This document shows positions 30,788 to 64,000 of a stretch of 64,000 nucleotides of DNA, piece after piece. The stretch lies in NCBI RefSeq assembly GCF_009914755.1, contig NC_060934.1; one strand, 5' to 3'. The notes under the pieces are model-generated. The model had not been told where the DNA came from. It did no database searches and saw nothing but the letters and a program-made list of their open reading frames with translations. Within the stretch, counting starts at the first letter, position 1; every line of letters starts with the position of its first letter. The translations under genes were made by a program, and so were the position numbers. The DNA comes from the human T2T-CHM13v2.0 reference genome, Homo sapiens.

Positions 30788-31469
30788 CCCTCTGATCCTT
30801 TAGGGACTCCCAAGATATAATAGTCAATGAAAAGCTAAAACAGCAAGGTAAAAAAAAATAGATATAGAGAAATACCATTTATTTGTGTTTTAAATAAAAC
30901 ACACATATATGCACTTATATATGCATTCAAAATTTTTGGAAGAATAAACAAGAGATTTTTTTTTTACCATGTCAGGTCTTAATTTTACAATTAAAAAGAA
31001 GGAAAAAGAATGTTATATGCATGATAATATGTAAATGTTTAGATCAGTCACCTGAAAAGGTAGCCCAAAATATTTTACCTTTTGGAGATTCTGAGAATCT
31101 GGGAATTCTGAGATTCTGAATGGAGAATCTCTGCATCTCAATTCTGAAATTCTGAGAATCTTCACATCTAATCCAGCTGATCAGGGCACAGAAAGCATGG
31201 CTGGATGTGACTCCAACCAGGAGCTGCAGCCTAGACCACTGGAATGAGCCCTGTTTGAAGAAAGAGTGTTTTTAGCAGAAGGATACTCAGAAAAATGGGA
31301 GCTCCAAAGAGCTTGAGATGAAACCATAAGGATACTGGTTTCTGGAGAGCTGGATTCCATTTGCAGGGAAGGAGCAATTCACCAGATTTACCATCATCCC
31401 AATGGAACATTATTTATGACTATCCAAATCCCTTTGCTCTAATTCCATGCTGACCACATATGTGACTTA

Positions 31470-31900
31470 GGGTGAGTTATGCTAGATGTTATAATAGATA
31501 ACTCTGAAATGCACTGGCTTAAAGCCATAAAAGTTTATGTCTCTGTCACATCACATGCCAATGAGAATTGGGCCAGGAGTAGTCTGTACTCCACAAAGGC
31601 ATTCAGGGACCGAGGACCATTTAATACCGTGGCACCACCCTCCCCAGGCTCCTTGAAGTACCGTTCATTGAGCAGATGGACGGGGGGATGAGCAATGGTA
31701 GAGAAAGCACACCCACCCCTAAGACTCTTGGCCCAGAGGTAACACACATCACTTTGGCTCATATTCCAGTGGAGAGAACTCCTCATATGGCCCCATCTAG
31801 ATGACAGTAGGGAGCAAGGGGCAGGCAATGTTGTCTAGCAGTACGCCAAGGAAGAGGACGACGACATGAACATGGGTGAGTATCAACAGTTACTCTCACA
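31470..31900 (-). mobile_element. MLT1 (I/J-type) MaLR LTR
   Basis: tggcttaaagccataaaagtttatgtctctgtcaca...gtaacacacatcactttggctcatattcca. Confidence 0.6.
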
Positions 31901-31939
31901 CCAAGTAATATTCTAATTATTATTTATTATTTATTTAAC

Positions 31940-33905
<1,966 letters not shown>

Positions 33906-33959
33906 ATGACTTGTTAGTGATCAAGGATCAGACAGAGGGTGAGGTCTTTACATGGGCTG

Positions 33960-34415
33960 AGTACATTTCTTTTGTTTGGCTGCCATGGCAAATTACCACA
34001 AACTTGGTGCTTAAAACATCAGAAATGTGTTCCCTTACAGTTCTGGAGGCCAGAAATCTGAAAACAAGGTGCCAGCAAAGCCGTGCTCCCTCCAGAACCT
34101 CTAGAGGAGTAGCCTGGCTTGCCTCTTCCAGCTTCTAGTGGTCCCAGGCACTCCTTGGCATGAGGCTGCATCACTCCAGTCTCTGCCCCCATCTTCATGT
34201 GGCCTTCTCGCTTGTGTCCCTCTGTATTCCCCTTTGCTGCCTCATATAGAAACTCATCATTGGTTTTAGGGTCCACCGTAACCCAGGATGATCTCATCTT
34301 GAGATTCTTACCTTAATTATATCTGTGAAGACCATTATTCCAACTAAGGTCACATTCAGAGGTTCCAGGTAGACATATCTTTGGGAAGCAGGAGGGACTA
34401 TACAATCTACTATAC
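33960..34415 (-). mobile_element. MLT1C-like MaLR LTR
   Basis: ggctgccatggcaaattaccacaaacttggtgcttaaaac...cagttctggaggccagaaatc...aaggtcacattc. Confidence 0.75.
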
Positions 34416-34741
34416 CAAGTAGAAAAGCTTCCTGCTCAAGCTCGTGTCGCATTCAGACAGGCCCTTAGCAAATGCTGACTGTGTAACCCTGGGTGCCCAG
34501 CTTCAATGGTGCCACATGGGGCCGATGTTAGGAGCAGTAGCTAAGGTTTGCAAGCAGTCCTGCCAGAACACAGGGCACACTGAGGATCAGAAGCGCTTTT
34601 CTTAGCTGGATGTAGTGACTCACACCTGTCATCCCAGTGCTTTGGGAGGCCAAGGTGGGAGGACAACTTGAGGCCAAGAATTCAAGACAAGAAGTCAAGA
34701 CAAGTCAAGATAAGACTGGGCAACATAGTGAGACCCTGTCT

Positions 34742-34779
34742 CAAAAAAAAGAAGAAAGTGAGAAAGAAAGAAAGAAGGA

Positions 34780-34827
<48 letters not shown>

Positions 34828-34874
34828 AGGAGAGAGAGGGAGAAAGAAAGAGAGAGAGAAAAAGAAAGAAAGAT

Positions 34875-34909
<35 letters not shown>

Positions 34910-35116
34910 AGTGAGGGAGGGACGGAGGGAGGGAAGGAGGGAGGGGGAGAGAAAGAAAGAAAGAAAAAAGAGAGAGAATGAGAAAGAAAGAGAGAGAAAG
35001 AAAGGTGGGAGGGAGGGAGAGAGAGAGAGGGAGAAAGGAAGAAAGAAAAGAATGAAAGAAAGAAAGAGAAAGAAAGAGAGAGAGAAAGAAAAGAAAAGAG
35101 AAAAGAAAAGAAAAAG
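34742..35116. repeat. Compound (GAAA)n/(GGGA)n/(GA)n purine tract expanded from the middle A-tract of an AluJ (34603-35258)
   Basis: About 375 bp almost purely purine on the + strand, flanked by Alu left and right monomers. Confidence 0.92.
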
Positions 35117-35829
35117 TTAGCCAGGCATAGTGATAAGCATAGTTCTAGCTACCCAGGAGGATTGCTTGAGCCCCAGGAGTTCAAGGCTGCAGTGAGCTGT
35201 TATCACCCCACTGCACTCCAGCCTGGGCAACATAGCAAGACCTTGTCTTTAAAAAAAGAAGGAAGAAAGAAGTGCTTTTCTTTACATTCTAAATACTAAA
35301 ATTATTTTTCAATCTCTCAAACCTAAAAGGCTACCCTGAGCTTCTTATACTTTGCTATGGTGTCAAATCCCAGCAGCTGATGTGGCGACCAACCGTTTGG
35401 TAACTGAGAGCTTCCATGTTCACTTAGGGCAGGAGACTCTGACACTGAGGCTTTGAAAGGAACGAGAGAGGGAGTCCTGCATCAGATTGCACTCAGGAAT
35501 CCTGGTTGGTAAGGAAAACAGTGCAATGGCCAGGCAGGTAGCTATGAGGACAAGAGGACAGCCTCAATAAATTGGATGGCAATCCATGAGCTGAGATTTC
35601 GGGGTCTCTTGATGCAAGCTGAAAGGTCCCCTGTTACCTATTCAGACATTGTACGATCAGCCTATGCAATGCAGTTTTCCACATCTGAATGTTCTTCTTG
35701 TCCTATTTTGCTGTTATCACACCACCAAGAATAAAGAAACGGCCAGAAACCTACCTGGTACTCACAATTATTCGAAGTAGGAAGGAAGAAGGCAAACAGA
35801 ATAAGCTTAATGGAATGTGGCACTTCTAA

Positions 35830-38165
<2,336 letters not shown>

Positions 38166-38534
38166 AAGGTCTGGGTTTCGCGACAACCACAGAGACATCA
38201 TCTCTATGGTGCTATAGGGAGGAGTCACTGGGGTGCATAGCCAGAGGCGGCTACTTTCATTCATCCTCAAAAATAATACTCTAGCTGCTAGTGAGAGGGG
38301 AATAAAGAGAGGGCAAAGCCTGGAAGTCAGAGGTTAGAGGCTGACAACGTTGCAGGCATTTTTCCTGGTCAAAAGAAAGGAGAAAAAAAGTAGGTTTACA
38401 GGTGGATACCAAAGCCAATATTGGATGAACAGTACCAAAGGAAGCAAGAGAAGGAGGGAGTGCCTACGCTACCTTAAGGTGCTGGACTTGCACGATTATG
38501 TGCTCCAGGCAATGGTATATACATGTAGTGCTTT

Positions 38535-38990
38535 AGCCTCTGTCTGGGTGAGGAAATGATAGCTGCTGTAACAAAGAGACCCAAAAATTCAATGGCTCAA
38601 ACAAGATAAGTTTATGTCTTACTCATCTAACAGTCCAGTTTAAGAATTCCAGGTGGGTTTGTCCCCAGTCCAGGGTGGCAGATGGCAGTCCTTCCACACT
38701 TGACTTCCAAGGATGTCCAAATTGTGGCCAAGCCAGACTTCGAGGATAGGGGCAAGAGGTGAGTTCAGGGCTAGAGACTTTCTCTTAATCAAGTAAATGG
38801 GAAGTTGCTCCCAACATTTCTGTTCATATTCCATCTGTGAGAGCTGGGTTGCATAGCCACAGTTTGCTGCAAAGTGGGACATGAGCCAGGGGAATGTAGC
38901 CCCTGGAAATGCAGCCAAAATCCGCAGTAGTGTTCTAATACTGAGGAAGAATGGGAGGATAGAGTGTGGTGGACAGATAACAGACTCCAT
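38535..38990 (-). mobile_element. MLT1 (H/I/J-type) MaLR LTR
   Basis: tagctgctgtaacaaagagacccaaaaattcaatggctcaaacaagataagtttat. Confidence 0.6.
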
Positions 38991-39026
38991 CATCATTTTT
39001 CTTCACCTGGTCAATGGCTTTATGGA

Positions 39027-39748
<722 letters not shown>

Positions 39749-39770
39749 ATGGATAATATCTGACCCTTTT

Positions 39771-41038
<1,268 letters not shown>

Positions 41039-41693
41039 AATATCTGACCCTTTTGCCATTGGTTAAGAGCTATTGCTAGCTCCTACTTGGCTAATAGCTT
41101 GAGTCTCTGAAAAACAAGGAATATTTCAGAAACCTCATTATGAGGAAGAGATACCTGCAATTTCCAGGTAAATGAAGCAAGTCTTGTACATGCCCAGATG
41201 GGACCAGGCCTCTGTTACATGAATCCTGGCAAGTTAAACAGGCTATATCTTCTTGTTTGAAGCAGCTAAGAATGTCCCGAGCTCACTGCAATGCTGGGAG
41301 GCCCCGGCACCGACTCTTGAGAAAACGTTTGAGACTAAACATGAAAGTTGCTCCCTAACCCGCAGTGTTATCATTGCAGTTGTTAACAAGATAAAGTAAA
41401 TAAACCTAAACTCTCAGTGAACTTATTTCTCAGTTTATTGAATTGAATTTCCTGACATGCTGCGCTGGGTACCCAGAATACAAAGATGCACAAAGCCTGG
41501 TTCGGTGAGAGAGATGGTTATGGAGACAGACGATGACGGCAACTGAGAAACAGCATAGGCAGACCCCAATCCCAGAGGAGGAGCAAAGATATCTCCCTGG
41601 AGATCAGGGAGGGCTCACAGCCAGGGATGCTTGAGATCAGGCAGACAAGAGGCACGCCTATGTTTAACTCAGAAAACAATGAAAAGTTTGCTG

Positions 41694-42038
<345 letters not shown>

Positions 42039-42078
42039 TCATTGGAAAGTTAAATAACAGTTATAATGACTACCATTT

Positions 42079-43099
42079 TGTTGCGGGAAGTCAGGGACTC
42101 CAAACGGAGGGACAGGCTGGAGCCATGGCAGAGGAACATAAACTGTGAAGATTTCATTTTAATATGGACATTTATCAGTTCCCAAATAGTACTTTTATAA
42201 TTTCTTATGCCTGTCTTCTTCGATCTCTTAATCCTGTTATCTTCATAAGCTGAGGATGTACGTCACCTCAGGACCACTGTGATCATTGTGTTAACTGTAC
42301 AAATTGATTGTAAAACGTGTGTGTTTGAACAATATGAAATCAGTGCACCTTGAAAAAGAACAGAATAACAGCGATTTTTAGGGAACAAGGGAAGACAATC
42401 ATAAGGTCTGACTGTCTGCGGGGTCAGGCAAAAAGAGCCATATTTTTCTTCTTGCAAAGAGCCTATAAATGGACATGCAAGTAGGGAAGATATCACTAAA
42501 TTCTTCTCCTAGCAAAGAATATTAATATTAATACCCTGGGGAAGGAATGCATTTCTGGGGGGGAAGTCTGTAAATGACTACGCTGGGAATGTCTGTCCTA
42601 TGTGGTTGAGATAAGGACTGAGATACACAGTGGTCTCCTGCAGTACCCTCAGGCTTACTAGGGTGGGGAAAAACCCAGCCCTGGTAAATTTGTGGTCAGA
42701 CTGGTTCTCTGCTCTCAAACGCTATTTTCTGTTGTTTAAGATGTTTATCAAGACAATACATGCACCACTGAACATAGACCCTTATCAGTAGTTCTGCTTT
42801 TGCCCTTTGCCTGGTGATCTTTGTTAGACCCTTATCAGTAGTTCTCCTTTCTGCCCTTTGAAGCATGTGATCTACTCCCTGTTCTTACACCTGCTCCCCT
42901 TTTGAAACCCTTAATAAAAAACTTGCTGGTTTGAGGCTCAGGTGGGCATCATGGTCCTACCGATATGTGATGTCACCCCTGGCAGCCCAGCTGTAAAATT
43001 CCTCTCTTTGTACTCTTTCTCTTTATTTCTCAGCTGGCCAACACTTATGGAAGATAGAAAGAACCTATGTTGAAATATTGGGGGTGGGTTCCTCTGATA
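42079..43099 (+). mobile_element. MER11 (HERV-K11/HML-8) solo LTR
   Basis: Starts tgttgcgggaagtcaggga and ends ggttcctctgata; 6-bp TSD ccattt (42073-42078 / 43100-43105); AATAAA at about 42913; internal repeat agacccttatcagtagttct. Confidence 0.92.
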
Positions 43100-43154
43100 C
43101 CATTTATTGAGCTAGGCTACTGTACTAAGCTAGATATAAATACAGATATATAAA

Positions 43155-43895
<741 letters not shown>

Positions 43896-43949
43896 ATATG
43901 TGTGCATGTATATACTTAAACATATAATTTTATCTTCAACCACCCTATA

Positions 43950-44100
43950 ATGGTCCTGTCATTCCATTTTACAGATGAGGAACTGATGCTCAGAAAGGCT
44001 TAATAATTAGCCCAATGTCACCTAATTAATAAGTGTCAGGAAATGTAAACTTAGGACTGTCTGACTGCAAAGCCCAGGCTTTTAACCACCATGCTATACT
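43950..44100 (-). mobile_element. MIR
   Basis: ccattttacagatgaggaactgatgctcaga. Confidence 0.7.
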
Positions 44101-44683
44101 TTGAAGGGAGAGAAAAATAAGTAGCAGTTATAAAAATTCTTCTGTGTTACCTGGTATCCGTTTGCACACTCAGCCATGCCATTAATTGGCCCAACATTTA
44201 TTGTGTGCTTATGATGTATCCCAGGTAACAGGAGAAGTTGTGACTCTTTCATGAGAGAGTTGCAGAATTAAATTGGAAATAATTTTAATATCTGGAAGAA
44301 CTGTGCAGTTCTCCCAGACAGGAAACCTACTTGGGGGGAGCGGTTAGAATTCTATCAGGTTCAGGGATATTCAGAGCTAGTATCCAAAATCCAATCAGTG
44401 GATGTGGGCTTATAGACACTGTAAAGAGATAGTAGAAGATTTGGTAATGTAAAACTTGAACTTAAAGGATGTGAAATTATGTGGCCACCTTTTGTAAGTT
44501 ATGGAATCACTGACATAGCACCTAGGGTAGGGCTCAAGGTATTCCTACTCTATTGTAGACATGGATTCTGTCACACCTTCCCAAAAAATTATCTTGGGAA
44601 GGCAATCCCTAACTGTGATTGTTCTTTAGTGGGCAAGAATATTTAACCATGAGAGGATTCAAAATGAAATATACAAATGTTTA

Positions 44684-49951
<5,268 letters not shown>

Positions 49952-49969
49952 TAGTTTCACTTTGGAAGA

Positions 49970-50210
49970 CAATAAGCACAGTGTTTAAAAGGTAGGTTTA
50001 AAGTCAGACACACTGGGCTTAAATTTCAGCTCTGACACTTACTAGCTCTAATAACTAGAAAAAGTTGCTTCATCTCTCCAAGTCTCCATTTTTCTAACCT
50101 GAAAACTTGGACTAAGAGACTGGCATTATCTACCTCATAGGGTTTTCAGAGGTTCAAACCCTATTGTATGATGTGCTTAAGACAATGCCTGGCAGCTGGT
50201 AAATGCTCTG
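49970..50210 (+). mobile_element. MIR
   Basis: aagtcagacacactgggcttaaatttcagctctgacacttactagct...tacctcatagggtt. Confidence 0.7.
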
Positions 50211-50839
50211 TCTGCTACATCCCAGTCTTCTTGTATTTGTCAAAAGGAAAAGCTGTAAGACGTATAGGAACAACACTGGATTTGTATTTTGACTGAACCA
50301 GGCAAACAACTCTCTCATGAATCTAATCAAAGAGAGAGAAAAAATAAACAGCCCATAATTCAGGGTTGAATAGAGTCATAAAACAGGCAAAGCAAATTCT
50401 CATGCTTGTAAATCATAGGCAAAGTTTCTACAGTAGTAGATCAATGCCATTTCTTCTTCCCTACCTCACACTACTGAAAATGGTACAGGGCATACGTCAC
50501 ATATTAAAACCAAATTTACTCAGTATGAAGATAGCCCCCTTCCCTCTGTGAGATTACCCAGTCAGCATTCTGCAGCTTACTAAGCTGACTACAGTCAATC
50601 AGAATCAAGATATTTACCAAAATCTCTAGGTTTTATTTTAAGGGAAAAGATATAAAGCTGCATACAATATAGTCTGATTTTCACAAATATACATATATTC
50701 ATAAAGAACTGAAATGATATATACCAAGTTGCTTGCTGTATGGTAAGATTATGAAATTTTTTGTTTTATCTTTTCATTTTTAATTTGTTCATAACTGAGA
50801 TAAACTACTGTGGTAAAAAAAAAACAAATCGTTTAATCT

Positions 50840-51871
<1,032 letters not shown>

Positions 51872-51989
51872 TTAGTATCTGTTGTCCAACATGCCTTACT
51901 AAATAGACAAACAGTAGTAGTTAAAACCAAGAAATCTGCTTCTTTCCTGGTGTCATCTGTATATTGGTACAGGTATAAACTGAACTGCT

Positions 51990-52345
51990 TGTATTAGTCC
52001 ACTCTCACACTGCTATAAAGTTACTATCCGAGATTGGGTAATTCGTAAACAAAGGAGGTTTAATGGACTCACAGTTCCACATGGCCGGGGAGGCCTCAGG
52101 AAACTTACAATCACGGTAGGAGGGGAAGCAGATACCTTCCTCACAAGGCGACAGGAGGAAGGAGAGCAGGGGAAACCTCCACTTACAAAACCATCAGATC
52201 TCATGAGAACTCACTCACTATCAGGAGAACAGCATGGGGAAAACCGGCCCCAAGATCCAATCACCTCCTACCAGATCCTTCCCCCGACAAATAGGGATTA
52301 CAATTCAAGATGAGATTTGGGTGGGGACACATCCAAACCATATCA
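51990..52345 (-). mobile_element. THE1 (C/D-type) solo LTR
   Basis: tgtattagtcc...aaaccatatca, 356 bp; 5-bp TSD ctgct (51985-51989 / 52346-52350). Confidence 0.9.
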
Positions 52346-52388
52346 CTGCTATAAGAAAGGGACCCCAAAATGATGACCCCTACAGAAG

Positions 52389-53965
<1,577 letters not shown>

Positions 53966-54029
53966 CTAACTTAAAATTTTATATTCTTTTCTGTCTATCC
54001 ACTTTCAAAATATGATTGATAAGGCACAG

Positions 54030-54228
54030 CCAGAGGCCACCAGAAGCTGGAAAGGCAAGGTTCCTCCCCTAGAGCCTCTGAAGGGAGTGCAGCCCTGCCC
54101 GTACCTTGATTTCAGCCCAGTAACACTGATTTTGGACTTCCAGCCTCCAGATCTATGAGGGGATAAGTTTCTGTTGTAAACGACTCAGTTGTAGTAATTT
54201 GTTACAGAAGCCACAGGAAGTGAATACA
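54030..54228 (+). mobile_element. MLT1 3' half
   Basis: ctcccctagagcctctgaagggagtgcagccctg...ttgttacagaagccacaggaagtgaataca. Confidence 0.75.
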
Positions 54229-55779
54229 GTGACACTGTCTGTGACTTTGGCCTTGGAAATTTTTTCATAGCCATAGCCCTGAGCCAAAATGTTCCATCCT
54301 GATTCTAACTTAACCTATAAATTGGAGTTAGTGATTTGAATCTAGCTGAGCATTTACCTAACAAAAAGAAGTCTCTAAATCTTTCTAAGCAAAAGGAGTG
54401 GGCTGTCATTGATATTTAGTTTCCTAAAACCCAGTATAAACAAGGGTGCCCTGTTTGGGGAATTCGAGGGTAGAAAGAGAGAAGAAAATTCTCAAAGTTC
54501 ATTTTTACTCATTAACTCCTCCCATAATATTCACTGGACACCTGCCATGGGCCAGGCACTGAGCTTGGAACTGGGAAACAACCATGTATATAAAACAAAG
54601 TTCCCCCGAGTGGCTCTCAGTCTAGTTCAGCTTTCAGGGAGGGAGAGAGAAAAAGAAAGAAGGCCAAGATGGATACATAAATCTGAGAAACTCACTTTAT
54701 AAAACGATGCGCAAAACTATGTGAAATACTCCATGACATTTCTCTAAACCTTATAATACCATCTGTGAACAAAACAAATGTTTTGGGCAAAAAAAGAAGC
54801 CTTCCTGAATGTGGAAATCAAGCCAGGAAGAAGGTCAGCATGTTACCTGACACAGAACAAGCCCCAGGGCAGACACAGAAATGAAGCAACCCAAAGCACA
54901 AGACATTAAGAGGGAATAAAAAAAAAAAAAAAGCACAGCACAGTAAGTGAGGCAAAGGACCTCAAAATCATATATAAAAGACACAAACACGTATGAGTTT
55001 ATTAATTTCCGAAGCTGAAATCTTTTTCTCAACTGAGTCAAATGAATTAAAAACTAAATTACCATATTCATCAAGCCATCTACATAAAACAATTTCCCTA
55101 CATTTAAAACCTACTGCAACCCAAATTCTGCTAGAGGTTGTCAGTCTGAAGCTCACACAATTATCTTCATATATCGGGGGTGAGGGGAGTCGTAATAATC
55201 TAGGGCACAAACCTGAATTGCCCAAGGGAACTGACTACATAATCAAATTATCCAGTTCAAAGGGCAAGTTGTATAATTCAAGACCGTAAAGTAAAAGTCC
55301 TCCTGTGTTGTTTAATAGTAAGTTTCCATTGCTGACTATTTTCGTGTGAAATTACCTTGCTTCTCCATTTTCTTTTGCATTTTTAGACACAATCAGTGGA
55401 AATTTTTTCCACTGGAAAGTAGCAAAGTGACAAGCATTCTTGCTAAAGAAATCTAGTATCACACATTCTGACAAATCTCTTTGGAATCCTCACTTCATTC
55501 AAAGATTCAAGCTCGCCTGGCAGACCGGTGGGACAGGCCAGCAGGAATCCTATTTGCCTTAGGGCCTGAATAGCTTCCTGGGAAATTCTGCCACCCAAGG
55601 GAAGCTCTCAAAGGTCAGACGTCAGCTTGGCCCAGTAACAATGACTCCCTGGTCCCAGAGGAAGGGTGATTCTGAGTGCAGCCGGATCTGTGAATTAGAT
55701 TTGTTCACTAGCCCAGCCCCCATGGACTCATGTCAGAATCTTAGAGAGGGGTCTAAAAAACTACAACAGCAGTTTTTAC

Positions 55780-58988
<3,209 letters not shown>

Positions 58989-59219
58989 TGTTTTATTTTC
59001 TTGATTAGCTTTTTCTCATTTTGCACCCCTGACTGGATCTGAAGCCCTCATAACACTGGCCACATGCTTGTTTGTTATTCTCTTAGCATGACCGCTTCAC
59101 CCCGGAATCTGTCCAAAATAATTTTGACGAATGAATAAATGATGGCAATGGCTCTTGAAAAGTGCTGACCTAAAGGACAACACACTAAGATAAGAATCTG
59201 GAAATCTGAGTGAGTCCTT

Positions 59220-59710
59220 GCATTAGGCAGGGTTACCAGGGATACAAAACTCATTCTGGTTGAAGCAAAAAGCTGGAATGCATTGATTCCAATAACTAGA
59301 AAGAAGAGGTGTAGATTCAGAGACCTCATGGTATTTTCGGTTGCCTCTCCACTTCCCCTTTTCTCCAGCTCTAGGTTTGGTTGTGACAAACTCTGCTCTT
59401 AGCCCAGCTTTGCAAACTGGAAGGAAAAATAAAGTAATTTTTTTCTCCCAACACGCACATATACATACCTCAATGTAAGTTTCTGATTGGTCCAGATCGC
59501 GTCTCCTGCCTGTTCTCAGGCCAATCACTGTGGTGAAGGGAACGAGACACTGTGATTGGCCAGATCTGGATCACAGGTTCTCCCTGTGGCCAGCAAACAG
59601 GCAGACCCATGAGAATGGCATAGTCAAGAGAGTGACAGTTTCCCCAAGAGAAAGAGAAGTGCAGTTGCTAAAAGGATCGAGGAAACGAATCCCGAGCAGA
59701 ACCCCTCCTC
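59220..59710 (-). mobile_element. MLT1K-like LTR with three CCAAT boxes
   Basis: ctgattggtcca...ggccaatcactgtgg...gtgattggccag pattern. Confidence 0.6.
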
Positions 59711-61158
59711 CCCTCCCCTGCGAAACAAATGACTCTGGACCAACTATCTAGTAACAACATAATAATTGTCACGACTTGTTGAGCTCTTACTATTATCAGA
59801 GAACGCGCCAGTACTTTGTAATGTAAATATAATTACCTTTATAAAGCAATGTATATACATCTAGCCCTCTGAACAACTCAAAAGGTAGATGTTATTAGGC
59901 CCATTTCACGGATACTAAAACTGAGACTTAAATAGGCCAATGGACCTGTTCAAGGACCTGCTGTTTGCCACAATTGCTTCTTTGTGCTTCAATTTTCCTG
60001 TATATAGGGCTTCCTAATATTGCTGTACCTTTCAAAGATGTTTTTGACATGAAAGAGAAAGAAGTATGTCAAGGTTTTGAGACTTACTCATTCCACCCAT
60101 GACGTGCCCTGGCCTGCATTTTCCTATGTGTAGCCTTCAAGGCCACGTCCTCCACAGAGTCTGCCTGACTCCTCCAGAGATCAGTGAAGCCTCCTTGCTC
60201 CAGATTCCCCAGCAACTCCCCCACAGCGCTCTCCTGGCAGCCATCACCTTCTCTCCCACATCATAGATATGTGGCTGTTAGCTCCCTCGCTACACTGTCT
60301 GGTATAGAGAAAAGGGACCATTTCTAATGCAACTTCCTATATAGCATGCATTTAACCCATACATGATAGGCTTTAACTAAACATTTGGTTAATTAAATGA
60401 TGCATGTGTTTAATTAACGTATAGATGAAGAATTCCTCTATAAATTCAAGGCACAGCTGTTTGGGCTTCAAGTAAAAACACAGAAAGTTAGAACTATAAG
60501 AAGTCGCCTTCATTCAGGGCCAGTCTATAAGCTATTTGTTACTGAACCACAACAAAATAAGTCCAGAAATTGAGAATACACATTTAGAAACATTTATGAC
60601 AGTCTAGTAGATTAAGTTTATGTCTGCTGAATCTAATAATAAAAAATAACTTAGACTTGTGTTCCGTATGTCTTTACTTTATAAATTAATTTTCTGATCA
60701 TTCATTTTTACTCCATTTTACAATGTATCTGTTTGCAATGGACTGGGAATTTTTAAATATTTTTCTTCACCAGAGATAGTTGGAGAAGCACAAATCTTAT
60801 CTAAACTGTCACTCAGAGCAGGAGGCCCTTCTCTATTTCTGGCCAACCAGCCTGTTTTTAATGCTTTCTAGCAAGGCATTCACACCATCCCAGTTCCACT
60901 CTCAGATTGTTTCATAACTTAACTATTTCCTTTCTGACCTTGAAAGGTTCTCCAGCTCCGTGAGAGAAGAACGCAGACTTCCTCAGCCTAGGATGGAGTT
61001 GGGGGGTGACAGGCTTCCATAGGAAGAAGTGAAAATTTTCCCTTTACTCACTCAGGACATCTGGATTCTCAGACCCAGTTTTCTCATCTGCAAAATAAGA
61101 AGCTTCAATTTCTGATGCTTTATGATCCCCTTGTTCATTCATGAGCTTTAAGATATGA

Positions 61159-63472
<2,314 letters not shown>

Positions 63473-63924
63473 TTAATCACATAAAACAACAAACATAACA
63501 ACACCAGTATCATCATCTCAAAGGTAAATTGTAAATATGGAGACAATTGATTTTACAAGTCACATGTGAAATTATTATTTCATTCTGAATGAAATGGGGC
63601 TTTCAATACATTTTTAGCATGTCTAGAAACAAGTTTGTTCATGTGTTTCTAGTAATATATTATTTAAAATAGTAATTATACTGGTGACATAAACCTCAAA
63701 CCAAAATTAAATCTGTATCAGAAGTTATCCCACCTGATGTAAGCAGGTTGTCCTTGCTTAAATAAAGCCATCCTCAAAGGTGTGAACGACCCCTGCTGAG
63801 GTCAGGGGAGTTGCCCAGGCAACTCTCAGATGCATGAACTATAAACACTTACAGTTTTATGCTGCTGAGCTTTCCTGATTGTTTCTTGCACAGCCTTGTT
63901 GGGACAATATTAAAAAGCTGCGGT

Positions 63925-64000
63925 GATTTTTAAATATACTCACACATTTTTGAGAATCCTCCCTTTAAGAGGTGGAGCCTCACTTCCCTCCCCTTGGGTG
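63925..64000 (+). mobile_element. Start of an MLT1F-like LTR (runs off the window)
   Basis: tcctccctttaagaggtggagcctcacttccctcccttg. Confidence 0.55.

Noticed and set aside
34637-35120. K/E/R-rich ORFs (also 62166-62579)
   Set aside because: They are translations of purine microsatellites.

Overview
This window is primate (very likely human) genomic DNA, non-coding, intergenic or deep intronic, and extremely Alu-dense. I see roughly a hundred Alu pieces by eye, plus L1 fragments, MaLR/ERV solo LTRs (MER11, THE1, MST, MLT1, MER39-like), MIR, MER5, MADE1 and long simple repeats. I cannot support any host protein-coding exon; nearly all ORFs in the track are Alu or microsatellite artefacts. The most informative structures are: (1) a tripartite retroposed chimera at 12672-14160, made of full-length U6 snRNA, the 3' 1.2 kb of an L1PA2/3-type LINE-1 and a ~157-bp 3' transduction, all inside one target-site duplication (TSD), with a U6-derived ATG in frame with L1 ORF2; (2) an unrecognised 1.27-kb minus-strand retrocopy of a non-repeat polyadenylated RNA 3' end at 39771-41038 with a perfect 16-bp TSD; (3) three diverged copies of a ~100-bp element I cannot assign to any repeat family (27482-28718), two of them inverted around a palindromic double AP-1 site; (4) several local retrotransposition and repair footprints. 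Family assignments are from recognition of consensus sequences, not from a database search.
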